Source of the DNA: an uncultured bacterium
Lineage (GTDB): Bacteria > Chloroflexota > UBA5177 > JANWHV01
Assembly (NCBI GenBank): GCA_963729625.1
Contig: CAVSOU010000007.1
Location: 256,001 to 320,000 of the forward strand
DNA length: 64,000 nt
Direction: 5' to 3'
The first letter of the stretch is position 1, and each line of letters opens with the position of its first letter. The position numbers and the translations under genes are program-made. A model generated the notes under the pieces. The model was not told where the DNA came from, searched no databases, and saw nothing but the letters and a program-made list of their open reading frames with translations. Shown piece by piece: positions 51,466 to 61,566 of this stretch.

Positions 51466-52737
51466 GTGAGCTTTCAGACCCTCAAGGGTATGCGGGACCT
51501 TCTGCCGGAAGCCTGGCCGGTCTGGGACAAGGTTCTGGACAACGCCCGGCATATTGCCGAGATCTACGGGTATCGCCGAGTCAGCACGCCAATCCTCGAG
51601 CCAACCGCGCTATTCGCGCGCGGGGTAGGCGAAATCACTGACATCGTACAAAAGGAGATGTACACCTTCGAGGATCGAGATCGGTCATCCGTGACGATGA
51701 AGCCGGAAGGCACTGCCGGTGTCGTGCGAGCCTACCTCGAGCACGGGATGTTCACCGCTCCCCAGCCCGTGAAGCTGTACTATCTCGCGGAGCCGACGTT
51801 CCGGCACGAGAAACCGCAAGAGGGGAGGTTGCGCCAGCACCACCAATTCGGCTGCGAGGCGCTGGGTGAGATGAGCCCGCAGGTCGACGCCGAGCTCATC
51901 GCCATGGCATCGCAGTTCTACCAGACAATCGGGCTCGGCCACCTCTCATTGCAGTTGAACAGCATCGGCGACCGCGACTGCCGCCCGGCGTACCTTGACC
52001 GCCTGCGCTCGTACTATCATCCGCTACACGACGAGCTTTGCGACGAGTGCAGGCAGCGCCTGGCACGCAACCCGATGCGCCTCCTGGACTGCAAGAAGCC
52101 GCGCTGCCAGGAGCTGGCTGCCCAAGCGCCGCATATGGTTGACTTCCTCTGCGACGCCTGTCGCGACCATTGGCAAACGTTGCTGGTCACGCTTGACTCC
52201 ATCGCCGAGCCATATGCCATCAACTACACCCTGGTGCGTGGATTCGACTACTATACCAAAACCGTCTTTGAGTTCTGGCCAGCCGTACAAGGTAGCCAGA
52301 GCACTGTCGGGGGCGGGGGACGCTACGATCTTCTCGCCGAGATGATCGGCGGCCGCGCTACCCCAGGTATAGGCTTTGCCACGGGCATCGAACGCATTAT
52401 CAAGACCATGCAGAACGAGGGCGTGGCGCAGCCTGCCCAATACACGTGCCAGGCATATGTGGTCGGGCTGGGCGATCAAGGGCATCGCGCTGCGTTTCTC
52501 CTGGCGCAACGTCTCCGCACCGCGGGCGTTGTCACCGGAGTGGGTACGCCTGGACGCAGTCTGAAGGCCCAGATGCGATCGGCAAACGAGAGCGGATCTC
52601 GCTTTGCCCTGATCGTCGGCGAGAATGAGATTGCAGCGGGCACCATACAGACCAAGGACCTCCTGAGCCACACGGAGGAGCCGGTGGCCGACTCTGCCAT
52701 TGTCTCCTATATGGCCAGACTGCTCGAGACAAAGTAG
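51466..52737 (+). CDS. hisS: Histidine--tRNA ligase
   Basis: KGMRD, DIVQKEMYTF, PEGTAG, VRGFDYY, GGGRYD, GIER. Confidence 0.96.
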   Translation: MSFQTLKGMRDLLPEAWPVWDKVLDNARHIAEIYGYRRVSTPILEPTALFARGVGEITDIVQKEMYTFEDRDRSSVTMKPEGTAGVVRAYLEHGMFTAPQPVKLYYLAEPTFRHEKPQEGRLRQHHQFGCEALGEMSPQVDAELIAMASQFYQTIGLGHLSLQLNSIGDRDCRPAYLDRLRSYYHPLHDELCDECRQRLARNPMRLLDCKKPRCQELAAQAPHMVDFLCDACRDHWQTLLVTLDSIAEPYAINYTLVRGFDYYTKTVFEFWPAVQGSQSTVGGGGRYDLLAEMIGGRATPGIGFATGIERIIKTMQNEGVAQPAQYTCQAYVVGLGDQGHRAAFLLAQRLRTAGVVTGVGTPGRSLKAQMRSANESGSRFALIVGENEIAAGTIQTKDLLSHTEEPVADSAIVSYMARLLETK

Positions 52738-52744
52738 CCTGCCA

Positions 52745-53362
52745 GTGCTTGCCATCGTCGACTACGACGCAGGAAACCTTCGCAGCGTGGTGCGGGCGGT
52801 CGAGCACGCCGGCGGCGTGCCAACCATAGCTGTCGATCCGCGCGAGGTTCTGCGTGCCACAGCGGTCATCTTGCCTGGTGTGGGCTCGGCGCAGCAGGCC
52901 ATGGGGCGGCTCGCGCACCTCGGCATGGACGATGCCCTGAAGACAATCGCCGATCGCGGCGTGCCGCTGCTCGGCGTGTGCCTCGGACTGCAGGTTCTGC
53001 TCGGCCACAGCGATGAAGGCGGCCCGGACGGCACGCGGTGTCTGGACATCGTGCCAGGCACCGTGCAGCGCTTTCCCGAGGGCCGCAAGGTACCGCACAT
53101 GGGCTGGAATACTGTCGAGTTTCGCCGCCAATCGGCGCTGTTCGATGGAATCAGCGATGGCAGCTACTTCTACTTCGTGCACTCCTATTACGCCGTTCCC
53201 CCCGCCGACACGATCTATGGCGTGACCGAGTTCTTCGGCTCCTTCTGCTCCGTGCTTGCCCACAAGAACGTCGTCGCCACACAGTTTCATCCTGAAAAGA
53301 GCGGCGTGGATGGTCTGCGGATATACGCGAATTTTCTTCGCATGGCCGGCCAATGCTCCTGA
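52745..53362 (+). CDS. hisH: Imidazole glycerol phosphate synthase glutaminase subunit
   Basis: DYDAGNL, LPGVG, GVCLG, PHMGWN, YFVHSY, QFHPEKS. Confidence 0.96.
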   Translation: MLAIVDYDAGNLRSVVRAVEHAGGVPTIAVDPREVLRATAVILPGVGSAQQAMGRLAHLGMDDALKTIADRGVPLLGVCLGLQVLLGHSDEGGPDGTRCLDIVPGTVQRFPEGRKVPHMGWNTVEFRRQSALFDGISDGSYFYFVHSYYAVPPADTIYGVTEFFGSFCSVLAHKNVVATQFHPEKSGVDGLRIYANFLRMAGQCS

Positions 53363-54063
53363 TACCGGCAATCGATCTTCGAGGCGGCAGCTGCGTCCGC
53401 CTGGAGCAGGGCGACTTTGAGCGGGATACGCTGTACTCCGCGGATCCCCTGGAGGTAGCGCGGCGTTTTGAGGCGAGCGGAGCAACCTGGCTGCACCTGG
53501 TCGACCTTGACGGTGCGCGCGAAGGCGAGCCGCGCCACATCGAGTCTCTGGAGTGGATTACAGCAGGCACCGCGTTGAAAGTCGAGTATGGCGGAGGTCT
53601 CCGCACGCTCGCTTCCATACACCGGGCCTTTTCCGCGGGCGCCGCACGCGTCGTGCTGGGAACCGCGGCGCTGGAGAGTCGCGACGTGCTAGAGCACGCG
53701 TTCGAGATGTTCGGTGAGACGATCGCCATTGGGATCGACGCGAAGAACGGGCTTGCGGCCGTCAGAGGATGGGTTGAGACGAGTTCAAGGCGTGCAGTCG
53801 ACGTCGCGGTGGATGTTGTGCGCGCCGGCGCTCGCCGAGTCATCTACACCGATATCGCCACGGACGGGATGCTAAGAGGGCCGAATGTCGGCGGGCTGCA
53901 GGACGTGATCGCCGCGGCGAATGTCCCCGTCGTTGCCTCTGGAGGCATCGCGAACGAATGCCACCTCGAAGCAGTAGCCGCCGCTGGAGCCGAAGCGGCT
54001 ATCGTCGGCAGGGCGCTCTATACGGGCGCTCTCCCCTTGAGCGCGATGGCGCGATGGAGATGA
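53353..54063 (+). CDS. hisA: ProFAR isomerase
   Basis: [36 protein letters not shown]. Confidence 0.95.
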   Translation: MLLIPAIDLRGGSCVRLEQGDFERDTLYSADPLEVARRFEASGATWLHLVDLDGAREGEPRHIESLEWITAGTALKVEYGGGLRTLASIHRAFSAGAARVVLGTAALESRDVLEHAFEMFGETIAIGIDAKNGLAAVRGWVETSSRRAVDVAVDVVRAGARRVIYTDIATDGMLRGPNVGGLQDVIAAANVPVVASGGIANECHLEAVAAAGAEAAIVGRALYTGALPLSAMARWR

Positions 54064-54067
54064 TGCA

Positions 54068-54847
54068 ATGCTGACGAAGCGAGTCATCCCCTGTCTGGAC
54101 GTGACCGGTGGCCGCGTCGTCAAAGGCACGAATTTCGTCGGTCTTCGAGATGCAGGCGATCCGGTCGAACTGGCAAGGATGTATGACGTACAGGGGGCTG
54201 ACGAGCTAGCCTTCCTCGACATTACCGCGTCGAGTGATGGGCGGGAGACGATGATCGACGTCGTAGCGCGAACGGCAGACCAGGTGTTCATGCCGCTCAC
54301 GGTAGGTGGGGGCATCCGGTCTGTCGGCGACATGCGACGGATGCTGCGCGCTGGGGCGGACAAGATCGCGATCAATACCGCGGCGCTCTCCAATCCCATT
54401 CTCGTCGTGGAGGGAGCATATGCTTTTGGCAACCAGTGCATTGTCGTCGCCATCGACGCGCGTCGCCGGCAGGATGGATCCTACGAGGTCTATTCCCACG
54501 GCGGCAGACGAGCGACCGGGCGTGACGCGGTCGAGTGGGCCCGGGAAGTCGTCGAGCGCGGCGCTGGGGAGATTCTTCTCACCTCGATGGATGCGGATGG
54601 CACTAAAGATGGCTTCGAACTCGTGCTCACAGCGGCAGTCGCGGAAGCCGTGTCAGTGCCGGTGATTGCCTCCGGCGGAGCCGGAAATGCCGGCCACATG
54701 GCCGACGCCGTGTCCCAAGGTAAAGCCGATGCCGTGCTGGCCGCGAGCATCTTCCACTATGGCGAGCTCACGATTGGCGACGTGAAGCTCGAAATGAGCA
54801 GGCGCGGCATACCGGTGCGACTACCGAAGCACGGCGGTTCGTCATGA
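54068..54847 (+). CDS. hisF: IGP synthase cyclase subunit
   Basis: [34 protein letters not shown]. Confidence 0.97.
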   Translation: MLTKRVIPCLDVTGGRVVKGTNFVGLRDAGDPVELARMYDVQGADELAFLDITASSDGRETMIDVVARTADQVFMPLTVGGGIRSVGDMRRMLRAGADKIAINTAALSNPILVVEGAYAFGNQCIVVAIDARRRQDGSYEVYSHGGRRATGRDAVEWAREVVERGAGEILLTSMDADGTKDGFELVLTAAVAEAVSVPVIASGGAGNAGHMADAVSQGKADAVLAASIFHYGELTIGDVKLEMSRRGIPVRLPKHGGSS

Positions 54848-55518
54848 CGGCTGAAAGCCGGATTGAGGGGCTGAGATTTGACGACCGGGGACTGGTCCCG
54901 GCAATCGTGCAAGATGCGACTGACGGAACGGTGCTCATGCTCGGCTACATGAACGCAGACGCCGTCGAGCTCACGCTGTCCAGCGGAGACGTGTGGTTTT
55001 GGAGCCGAAGCCGAGCTGAGCTTTGGCACAAGGGCGACACTTCCGGCAACGTTCTTCGTGTCGTCGAGGTCAGGGCGGACTGCGATCGTGATGCGGTGTT
55101 GGTGCGCGCCGCGCCGGAAGGGCCAACTTGCCACACTGGAGCGCGTTCCTGCTTTTCGGCTGCGCTTCCAGCGAGCAACGTGCACCCAGCAGGCGATCGC
55201 AGCGGTGGGGTTGTGCTATCCGACCTGTTCGAGACCATCGAGGGACGGAGACATAACCCGGAACAGGGCTCGTACACGAATCATCTCCTGACACAGGGTG
55301 TTGACCGAATCGCGCGAAAGCTCGGCGAGGAGACCGCAGAAGTAATCATCGCCGCCAAGAACGGACATCCGGAAGAGCTTTCAGCTGAGGTGGCCGATCT
55401 GTTCTACCATGTGCTGGTGCTGCTCAGTGCGCAGGGCGTGTCACTGGACGATGTAGGCCGAGTGCTGCGGCTGCGCGAAGGTGCGCCGCGCCGCCACAAG
55501 GAGCCGGACGCCGGTTGA
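54844..55518 (+). CDS. hisIE: Bifunctional PR-AMP cyclohydrolase / PR-ATP pyrophosphatase
   Basis: WSRSR.ELWHKG.TSGN, DCDRD, GPTCHTG, SYT..L, KLGEE, ADLFYH. Confidence 0.95.
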   Translation: MTAESRIEGLRFDDRGLVPAIVQDATDGTVLMLGYMNADAVELTLSSGDVWFWSRSRAELWHKGDTSGNVLRVVEVRADCDRDAVLVRAAPEGPTCHTGARSCFSAALPASNVHPAGDRSGGVVLSDLFETIEGRRHNPEQGSYTNHLLTQGVDRIARKLGEETAEVIIAAKNGHPEELSAEVADLFYHVLVLLSAQGVSLDDVGRVLRLREGAPRRHKEPDAG

Positions 55519-55586
55519 CAATCTCCGCTGTTCGGCGAGTGCATAGCACGCACCGTGCCGCGATGGGAAGCGCTGCGGCAACCGAG

Positions 55587-56210
55587 CTATTGCCTCAGAA
55601 AGTACTCGCGCACCTTGATTCGCAACGCTGGCCACACCGTGTCGTACCGAGCAAGCTCCTCGTCACTCAAGTCGCGGTAGAGCTTGCCGGCCAGCGGCTG
55701 TATGCGAATGCTTTCAGTCCAGAACTCGTCGTCCGCTTCGCCCGCGACATACCGCTCCACGATCGCTCCGCCATTGCCTGATGACATCCACGTGCGAAGC
55801 AGCGTTCCGCCACACGCCAGCGCCAGAGCTTCGCACCAAACGGTGGATCGCTGTTCGCCGGACAACCCATCCATGAGGGCGAGGAGATGGCTGATTCGCT
55901 GTGGCGCACCGACGCCCTCGCCAGCGTTTCGTTTCGTCAAGAGCTCGCTCCACTTCTGCCCCAGCGCAGGAATACGCAGCCCCCCATCGCTGGCAAGCAC
56001 GAGAATGCCTGGGGCCAGGTCGGACCAAGCAATTGCCTTTGCGGCTGCGTTCTCCACGAAGCTGGTGCCGCGTTCGTGTACGTCCGGCGATCGAAGGCCC
56101 AAGTCGACTGGTACGAGGCAGGTGAGGGGCAGGCCCGCTACAAGCCAGGCCAATCTCTCCGCCTTAGCGGCATTCGTCGTCGCAAGAAGGATAGTCCTGA
56201 CCTTTATCAC
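55587..56210 (-). CDS. Divergent Ham1/RdgB-like NTP pyrophosphatase
   Basis: LATTNAAK, E.GTSFVENAAAKA, ASDGGL; lacks the FGYDP and SHR motifs. Confidence 0.7.
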   Translation of the reverse strand: MIKVRTILLATTNAAKAERLAWLVAGLPLTCLVPVDLGLRSPDVHERGTSFVENAAAKAIAWSDLAPGILVLASDGGLRIPALGQKWSELLTKRNAGEGVGAPQRISHLLALMDGLSGEQRSTVWCEALALACGGTLLRTWMSSGNGGAIVERYVAGEADDEFWTESIRIQPLAGKLYRDLSDEELARYDTVWPALRIKVREYFLRQ

Positions 56211-56216
56211 CTCTTA

Positions 56217-56588
56217 CTACCTGGTATCGTCACGATCCGCCGAATCGTTCTCCATGTCGATGTACAGTTCAAGCGCATGATAATCGACCCCGAGCCGCTC
56301 GCGCCACCAACCGGTCTCGCCATGCATCTGCAGCTCGTGCATTTCCCATATCCATCGCGCGTACGCCCCGCGCTGGCGAAAGAGTTGGCAAAGCGCATGG
56401 CCGTCCACTCGCCACCACGGGCGCGCCGATGGCAACGACGGCATGTAGAGGCCGAATGTCTCCAACCTCCAACGCGCCAGCCCCTTGAAGAGCAGCAGAT
56501 AGCCGTGCCGAACAAGGACGGCAGTGCGACAAAGGGCACGCGCGCGGACTGCGCGGGCGAGAGTCGCGGAGCGGCGGCGACGGCTCAT
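56217..56588 (-). CDS. Hypothetical Trp-rich protein
   Basis: ATGA overlap with the upstream gene, 6 nt before the Ham1-like start; RWRLETFG..P, WIWEM. Confidence 0.6.
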   Translation of the reverse strand: MSRRRRSATLARAVRARALCRTAVLVRHGYLLLFKGLARWRLETFGLYMPSLPSARPWWRVDGHALCQLFRQRGAYARWIWEMHELQMHGETGWWRERLGVDYHALELYIDMENDSADRDDTR

Positions 56589-57154
56589 CCGCGATAGTAG
56601 CGGTAATTTCGATTGCGCCTGGCTGCCTCGACCATGTCCACAAGCTGCTTGTGGCCAAACGCATCCTGCGCCATGTCGTGCGATTGGGCAAGCCGGAACA
56701 GATCTCGGCGAAGGTAGCCAGGGACCGGATACTGGTAGTTGATAATGAGGGTGTCGTCACGCTCAACCACAAGCACGGCCCGCGCCTTCATACGATCAAG
56801 GCGCGCTCCGATCGTGCGGAACGTTTCCTGATATCCATACGCACACACCGGGCGCCGCGGCGCGGACTTGGCTGGACGGGCCGCGCGGGTCGCGTGGCTC
56901 GGCAGGCGGTTCCGGCCTGTTCGCTCCGCTCTCAGTCGGCTTGACAGTCCGGCCAGATCCGCGTGCGATATCGTGTCACTCACCGGCCTGGTCAGATCGC
57001 CTCTGGCAAAGCAGTGCCAGATGTATCCCTCGTCTATCTCGCACAGAGTCACGTACGCGGCATGAATCGAGTCAAGGTGCCAACCAATCGTGCGGAGCAC
57101 TTCTCTGTATCGAGGCTCATCCTGTGTCATGAAGCCGATCGCCGTGCTAGCCAC
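56585..57154 (-). CDS. Hypothetical protein with internal duplication (paralogue of 57402..57992)
   Basis: YREVLRTIGWHLD...EIDEGYIW and YQETFRTIGARLD...ERDDTLII. Confidence 0.75.
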   Translation of the reverse strand: MASTAIGFMTQDEPRYREVLRTIGWHLDSIHAAYVTLCEIDEGYIWHCFARGDLTRPVSDTISHADLAGLSSRLRAERTGRNRLPSHATRAARPAKSAPRRPVCAYGYQETFRTIGARLDRMKARAVLVVERDDTLIINYQYPVPGYLRRDLFRLAQSHDMAQDAFGHKQLVDMVEAARRNRNYRYYRG

Positions 57155-57401
57155 TCAAGCATCCCTCGACCACCGATGAAGCGCAGGCCATGCGTACCAG
57201 TCCAGCATCGACCAAGCCGTGTCAGGGAAAATGCCCCAGCACAACAGCAGTGCGCGCGAACTCGGTCCCTCCCGCGTTCGTGACGGAACCAGAACAGCCT
57301 GCAGAAGATAGGTCAGGCCGCTCGCCAACGGCCCGATCCGCCGAGCAAACACCACAATCCCACAATGGCTGGCGAGCGCACCTATAGACTTCGACGGGCT
57401 C

Positions 57402-57992
57402 TCAACGGTAGAATTTCGTGCCACGGAAACTACGGACATGGCGGACCAGTGCAATGATGTCGTCCTGGTTCAATACATCCTCATGGAAGTAGGTGCTCGA
57501 GACGAACCGCTCCGGCTCCATTTGCACGTAGACAGGAACGGTCAGCGTAAACCTGATCAGAATCGAGTTGTCGTCTTCGTGGAGCACGAACGACGTTGCC
57601 GCTTCGCGATCGAGCCTGAAGCTCAGGGCCCGCAGCAACTCTTCATAGCCGAACGGACACACAGCGTCGCTGCGCACCTCGGGCGGAAGGGACGACTGAG
57701 TCGGACGCGATTGAAGAGCGCGGCCCAGCAGCCCTTGCCGCTCTACGACGGGCTCGTCAATAACCAGGTCCGGCACGCGGCCGATACGACTTGCTTTGAT
57801 CGACTCGATCATCTGCGGTATCTCGTCGTGGCCAATGACACCGTAGAGCAGCTGGGAGGGGTTTTCGCGTGCGAAGCACCGCCAGATGAAGCCCTGCTCG
57901 GTCTCGGCAAGCGTCAGGTTCCGCACGTTCAGGCTGTCAAGATATGCACCGATCGGACGAAGCAACGGTCGATATTTCGAATCTGTAGTCAT
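57402..57992 (-). CDS. Hypothetical protein with internal duplication (paralogue of 56585..57154)
   Basis: YRPLLRPIGAYLD...ETEQGFIWRCFAR and VCPFGYEELLRALSFRLD...EDDNSILI. Confidence 0.75.
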   Translation of the reverse strand: MTTDSKYRPLLRPIGAYLDSLNVRNLTLAETEQGFIWRCFARENPSQLLYGVIGHDEIPQMIESIKASRIGRVPDLVIDEPVVERQGLLGRALQSRPTQSSLPPEVRSDAVCPFGYEELLRALSFRLDREAATSFVLHEDDNSILIRFTLTVPVYVQMEPERFVSSTYFHEDVLNQDDIIALVRHVRSFRGTKFYR

Positions 57993-58252
57993 ACTCGTGG
58001 CGCTCACTTGCTGCAGTCTAGTGATCACAGTCAACCTCACGAGGCTGTCAACCGCTGTCCGAGTCACACGCAGTATAGTCGACCATAGCAGAGTCGGCAA
58101 GAGAGATTGCTGGGCCAGAGCCGTAAGATTCGCGCATCCGAGATCGGGCAGCTCATGGCGAGCCTGGCTTGCGTGCGCCGGTGGCCAGCCTGACTTCAGG
58201 CGCTGAACGGCTCAGCCGCACCTGCCAACACGCCGGCTCGCAGAAGATGACC

Positions 58253-59437
58253 TTAGGGAAGAACCTGGAGGTCGAATTCGAACAACCGATGGTATTCGCG
58301 CACGGCTGCGCGGTCCGTCATCTCCGCAAGATAGTCACAGATTGCACGTCGCATGCTGCAATCCGATCCTACACGCTTCTGTACCGCGGGCGGAAGTTGA
58401 GCGGGGTTCGACACGTATGAGTCGAACAGCGCGCGAATCAGCCGCTGAGCCTTGACCCACATTGTTTCCACGAGATGGTGCCGGTACAGCGCGACGGTCA
58501 AGTAGTCGTGCAGCGAATCTCTCAGAGCTTGCATCCGCGGCGAAAACGCGACGACCGCCGACTCCTGTCTGCGAATCTCGTCCGGACAGGCAGGAGCCAG
58601 TTCGTCCAAATTCGCGGCAGTGATAGCCACGGCGTCGTTCACCAGGACGTTGACGAGGTAGCGTTTGAGGCTGCGGCGCGCGAGGTCTTGAGGGAGACCT
58701 GACGTGCGCCGCAGGATCTCATCCCGCACCGCCAGCCACCACGCAGGGCGCAACTCATCGAACGTCTCCCGGCGTATCAGGCCCGCGGCCAGCCCGTCGT
58801 CGATGTCGTGGCAACCATAGGCGATTCCGTCCGCCATATCGCTGATCTGCGCCTCGAGGCTTGGCTGACTGAACTCGATGAACTCTCGCTCAGGTCCGGC
58901 GAGACGGTGGCTGCCGTGTTTGGCGATACCTTCACGGACCTCCCAAGTCAGGTTCAGTCCAGCTATGTCGGGATACTCCTCCTCGAGCAGATCAACGGTG
59001 CGCAGTGTCTGGGCGTTATGTTCGAAACCGCCCTCCTCGGCCATACACTCGGCCAGCACAGTCTCGCCGGCGTGCCCGAATGGCGCGTGGCCGAGATCGT
59101 GCGCTCGGCAAATTGCTTCCGTCAGGTCCAGATTCAATCCGAGCGTCTTGGCCATGGTCAGCGCTATTTGCGTCGCTTCCTCAGTGTGGGTCAGACGTGT
59201 TCGAAAGTACTCGCCCTCCAGCGTAATGAAGACCTGCGTCTTGTTTCCCAACCGCCGGTAGGCAGACGAATGGACAATCCTGTCCCTGTCGCGACTGAAG
59301 TCGGTGCGAAGCGGATCGTTCGACTCGCGATTGCGGCGACCCCGCGAAGCAGCGGAGCGCTCAGCATAACGCGCCAGACTCCGATCTTCGGATCCTTCAA
59401 GGTCCTCACGGCGCAACAGCATTGGGGACGGAAGCAC
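58253..59437 (-). CDS. dgt: dGTP triphosphohydrolase-like HD protein
   Basis: RDRDRIVHS.AYRRL..KTQVF, RTRLTH, HDLGHAPFGHAGE, FEHNAQ, HDIDDG, MTD. Confidence 0.93.
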   Translation of the reverse strand: MLPSPMLLRREDLEGSEDRSLARYAERSAASRGRRNRESNDPLRTDFSRDRDRIVHSSAYRRLGNKTQVFITLEGEYFRTRLTHTEEATQIALTMAKTLGLNLDLTEAICRAHDLGHAPFGHAGETVLAECMAEEGGFEHNAQTLRTVDLLEEEYPDIAGLNLTWEVREGIAKHGSHRLAGPEREFIEFSQPSLEAQISDMADGIAYGCHDIDDGLAAGLIRRETFDELRPAWWLAVRDEILRRTSGLPQDLARRSLKRYLVNVLVNDAVAITAANLDELAPACPDEIRRQESAVVAFSPRMQALRDSLHDYLTVALYRHHLVETMWVKAQRLIRALFDSYVSNPAQLPPAVQKRVGSDCSMRRAICDYLAEMTDRAAVREYHRLFEFDLQVLP

Positions 59438-59494
59438 CCTCTTCGCTAGGACATCCGCGCGAACCGCGGAATCGCCATTGCGAAAGGTAGCAGG

Positions 59495-61180
59495 TTACTG
59501 TGTATAGCTGCGCAGAACCCAACCATCTATGCTTGACGCCGGCAGCGCCACTTGCGCCCAGTGCGATGTCAGGGCGATGACCTGCAGCGTTGTACCCTGC
59601 TTTACCCGCGCGATCACGTCATGTTCCCGGCCAGGACCGTTCCGGATGTTCAGGATCGATGCTCCGACCGTGACGAATTGGGCATGCACGATGAGCGCGG
59701 TACCATCAGCCGTCAATTGCGCCCCGCCGTGTGGTTTCTGCACCGCACTGGCAACCTGAGCCTGCGACGCCGTCAGCGGCCTTGCAACCCAGCCCGTCGT
59801 GCCTCCGGGCAACACTACCGCAAACCAATGCGGCGTACTGCGCACCAGTTGCATCCGCGTCCCGCTATACACCGACCCGCTGACGGGATACTGCAGACCC
59901 GGACCGCTTCTGACATGAAGGAGAGGCACGGTCGGCACCACATACGCCGCCTTCGGCTTGAGGACACTCCCAGCCACAGTAATGTACTCAAGCAATACCC
60001 ACCCCTCCGATCCGTCGCGCGCCCTGATCCGCGCCCAGTGCGTCGTGAGGGACAGAACCTGTACTTTGTCGTGCTGGTAGACGGACGTGACTACCGAGTG
60101 ATTCTGCCCTGGCCCGGATCGCACGTTTAGACCGAGCACATCCACCGTGCCGATCGTCGAGCCCTTTGGTGGCCAGGCTGCACGGCCGGAAGTCGTGTTG
60201 CTGGTGGCGCCCCAGTCCTGGTAACCGGTCACATATTTCGTGTCGACCCAGCCCATGACGTTCTGCGGCAACGCGACGTTGATCCATGTCCCCTGCGTCT
60301 TGACGTAACCAAGCTTGGCGCCACGCAGGACGGTGCCGAGAATATGAGCCTGCAACCCCGGGCCTGAACGCACGTGCAGTCCGTCGCTCACCGAAACCAC
60401 GACGTAGTGTGCATAGCTCTGCAGGAAGCGGCGCAGTATCGCGTCGGACTCGAGGGAGAAGACCGGGCCCTGCGTGCCCGAGCTGGAGATGTAGCTCGCG
60501 GGCTGCAGTTGGTGAGCAGCGACAAATGCGAGGGGATCGAGATAGCCAACTATGAGGCTGTTGTTTCCAAACGTGTACCCCCAACCGTCCTCGTCGACGC
60601 TCTTGATCTCAAAATGGAGATGCACGCCGGTAGCAAAGCCCGTAGCGCCAACGAGCCCCAGCTCTTGACCCTGGGCCACCGCCTCTCCCGCATAGACGGC
60701 AAGGCTGCCATACGCCAGGTGCTCGTACTGTGAATACATGACACTTCCATCGGGCATGAAGTGCCGAATTCGCACCATGACACCATAGCTGCCGTTGTAG
60801 CCTGCCACCACAACAATGCCACTTGCCGTGGCATGCACCACCTCGCTGGCGGTCGCAGTGGCGAGGTCCACGCCAGTATGTCCGCAGTAGTAGAGGCCGT
60901 ACATGTAGTACCCTTGGCCTGCCGATGGGTCGCATGAGGTGTTGAAGCCTTGAGCAATATAGTAGCCGTTGCCGTTGTCCTGGCTCCACGTCGGTTGGAT
61001 GGAGCCGACTCCCACCGGATAGATGAACGAGGTAGCTTGAGATGCTCCGCCTGTGCTAGTATTGTCAAGCGACGGGGATGCCAGGGAAGTCAGCGGACCA
61101 AACGGTAGTGCCGTTGCGCACGACAGTACAAGCACTGCGGAGAGGCTTCTCAATCGCGATCGCGAGATCTGAAGTTCTAT
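59495..61180 (-). CDS. Secreted M23 peptidase with four SH3b domains
   Basis: HTGVDL and HLH M23 motifs; four LxVRSGPG-type SH3b repeats; signal peptide; probable ATA start at 61180 (alternative TTG 61153). Confidence 0.88.
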   Translation of the reverse strand: MELQISRSRLRSLSAVLVLSCATALPFGPLTSLASPSLDNTSTGGASQATSFIYPVGVGSIQPTWSQDNGNGYYIAQGFNTSCDPSAGQGYYMYGLYYCGHTGVDLATATASEVVHATASGIVVVAGYNGSYGVMVRIRHFMPDGSVMYSQYEHLAYGSLAVYAGEAVAQGQELGLVGATGFATGVHLHFEIKSVDEDGWGYTFGNNSLIVGYLDPLAFVAAHQLQPASYISSSGTQGPVFSLESDAILRRFLQSYAHYVVVSVSDGLHVRSGPGLQAHILGTVLRGAKLGYVKTQGTWINVALPQNVMGWVDTKYVTGYQDWGATSNTTSGRAAWPPKGSTIGTVDVLGLNVRSGPGQNHSVVTSVYQHDKVQVLSLTTHWARIRARDGSEGWVLLEYITVAGSVLKPKAAYVVPTVPLLHVRSGPGLQYPVSGSVYSGTRMQLVRSTPHWFAVVLPGGTTGWVARPLTASQAQVASAVQKPHGGAQLTADGTALIVHAQFVTVGASILNIRNGPGREHDVIARVKQGTTLQVIALTSHWAQVALPASSIDGWVLRSYTQ

Positions 61181-61223
61181 GGTGTCACCTCGCTCTGCCG
61201 TCGGAACGGGACGCTTTTTGCAA

Positions 61224-61252
61224 ACCGTAACAGGCGGGGCCAGCAGTGTCAA
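61224..61252 (-). promoter_or_regulatory. Sigma70 promoter of the M23-SH3b gene
   Basis: TTGACA-17-TACGGT with an extended TG. Confidence 0.6.
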
Positions 61253-61297
61253 TGGGTGGTGGTTAACAACCCGCCGCATACAAGATGGAGGGATGGG

Positions 61298-61486
61298 GTG
61301 GCAAAAAAGGATCCCGGGGCGGTGCAGAGGTGCAAAGCATGTGGTTCGCAGATGATCGTCGACGAGACCTTGGTCGCCGCACCTGGGAACAGGACGATCA
61401 AGCGACTGTTCTTCCACTGCGTGAATGGGCAGTGCGGCCACATAGAGCGGATACAAGACGTGCTGGTCCAGCAGACCGTCCCGTAG
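61298..61486 (+). CDS. Small Ogr/Delta-like zinc-finger protein
   Basis: GTG after GGAGGG; C-x2-C-x25-C-x4-C (CKAC...FFHCVNGQCGH). Confidence 0.65.
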   Translation: MAKKDPGAVQRCKACGSQMIVDETLVAAPGNRTIKRLFFHCVNGQCGHIERIQDVLVQQTVP

Positions 61487-61566
61487 CGGGTGTATTCGAT
61501 CTCCGCGGCCACACGTAGGTCCGGCGCGAGGTCAAGCGGACCGGCGAGAGCAGTGTTGACCCGGTG

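Noticed and set aside
61181-61300. c-di-AMP riboswitch upstream of the M23 hydrolase
   Set aside because: The predicted leader is only about 35 nt and lacks ydaO motifs
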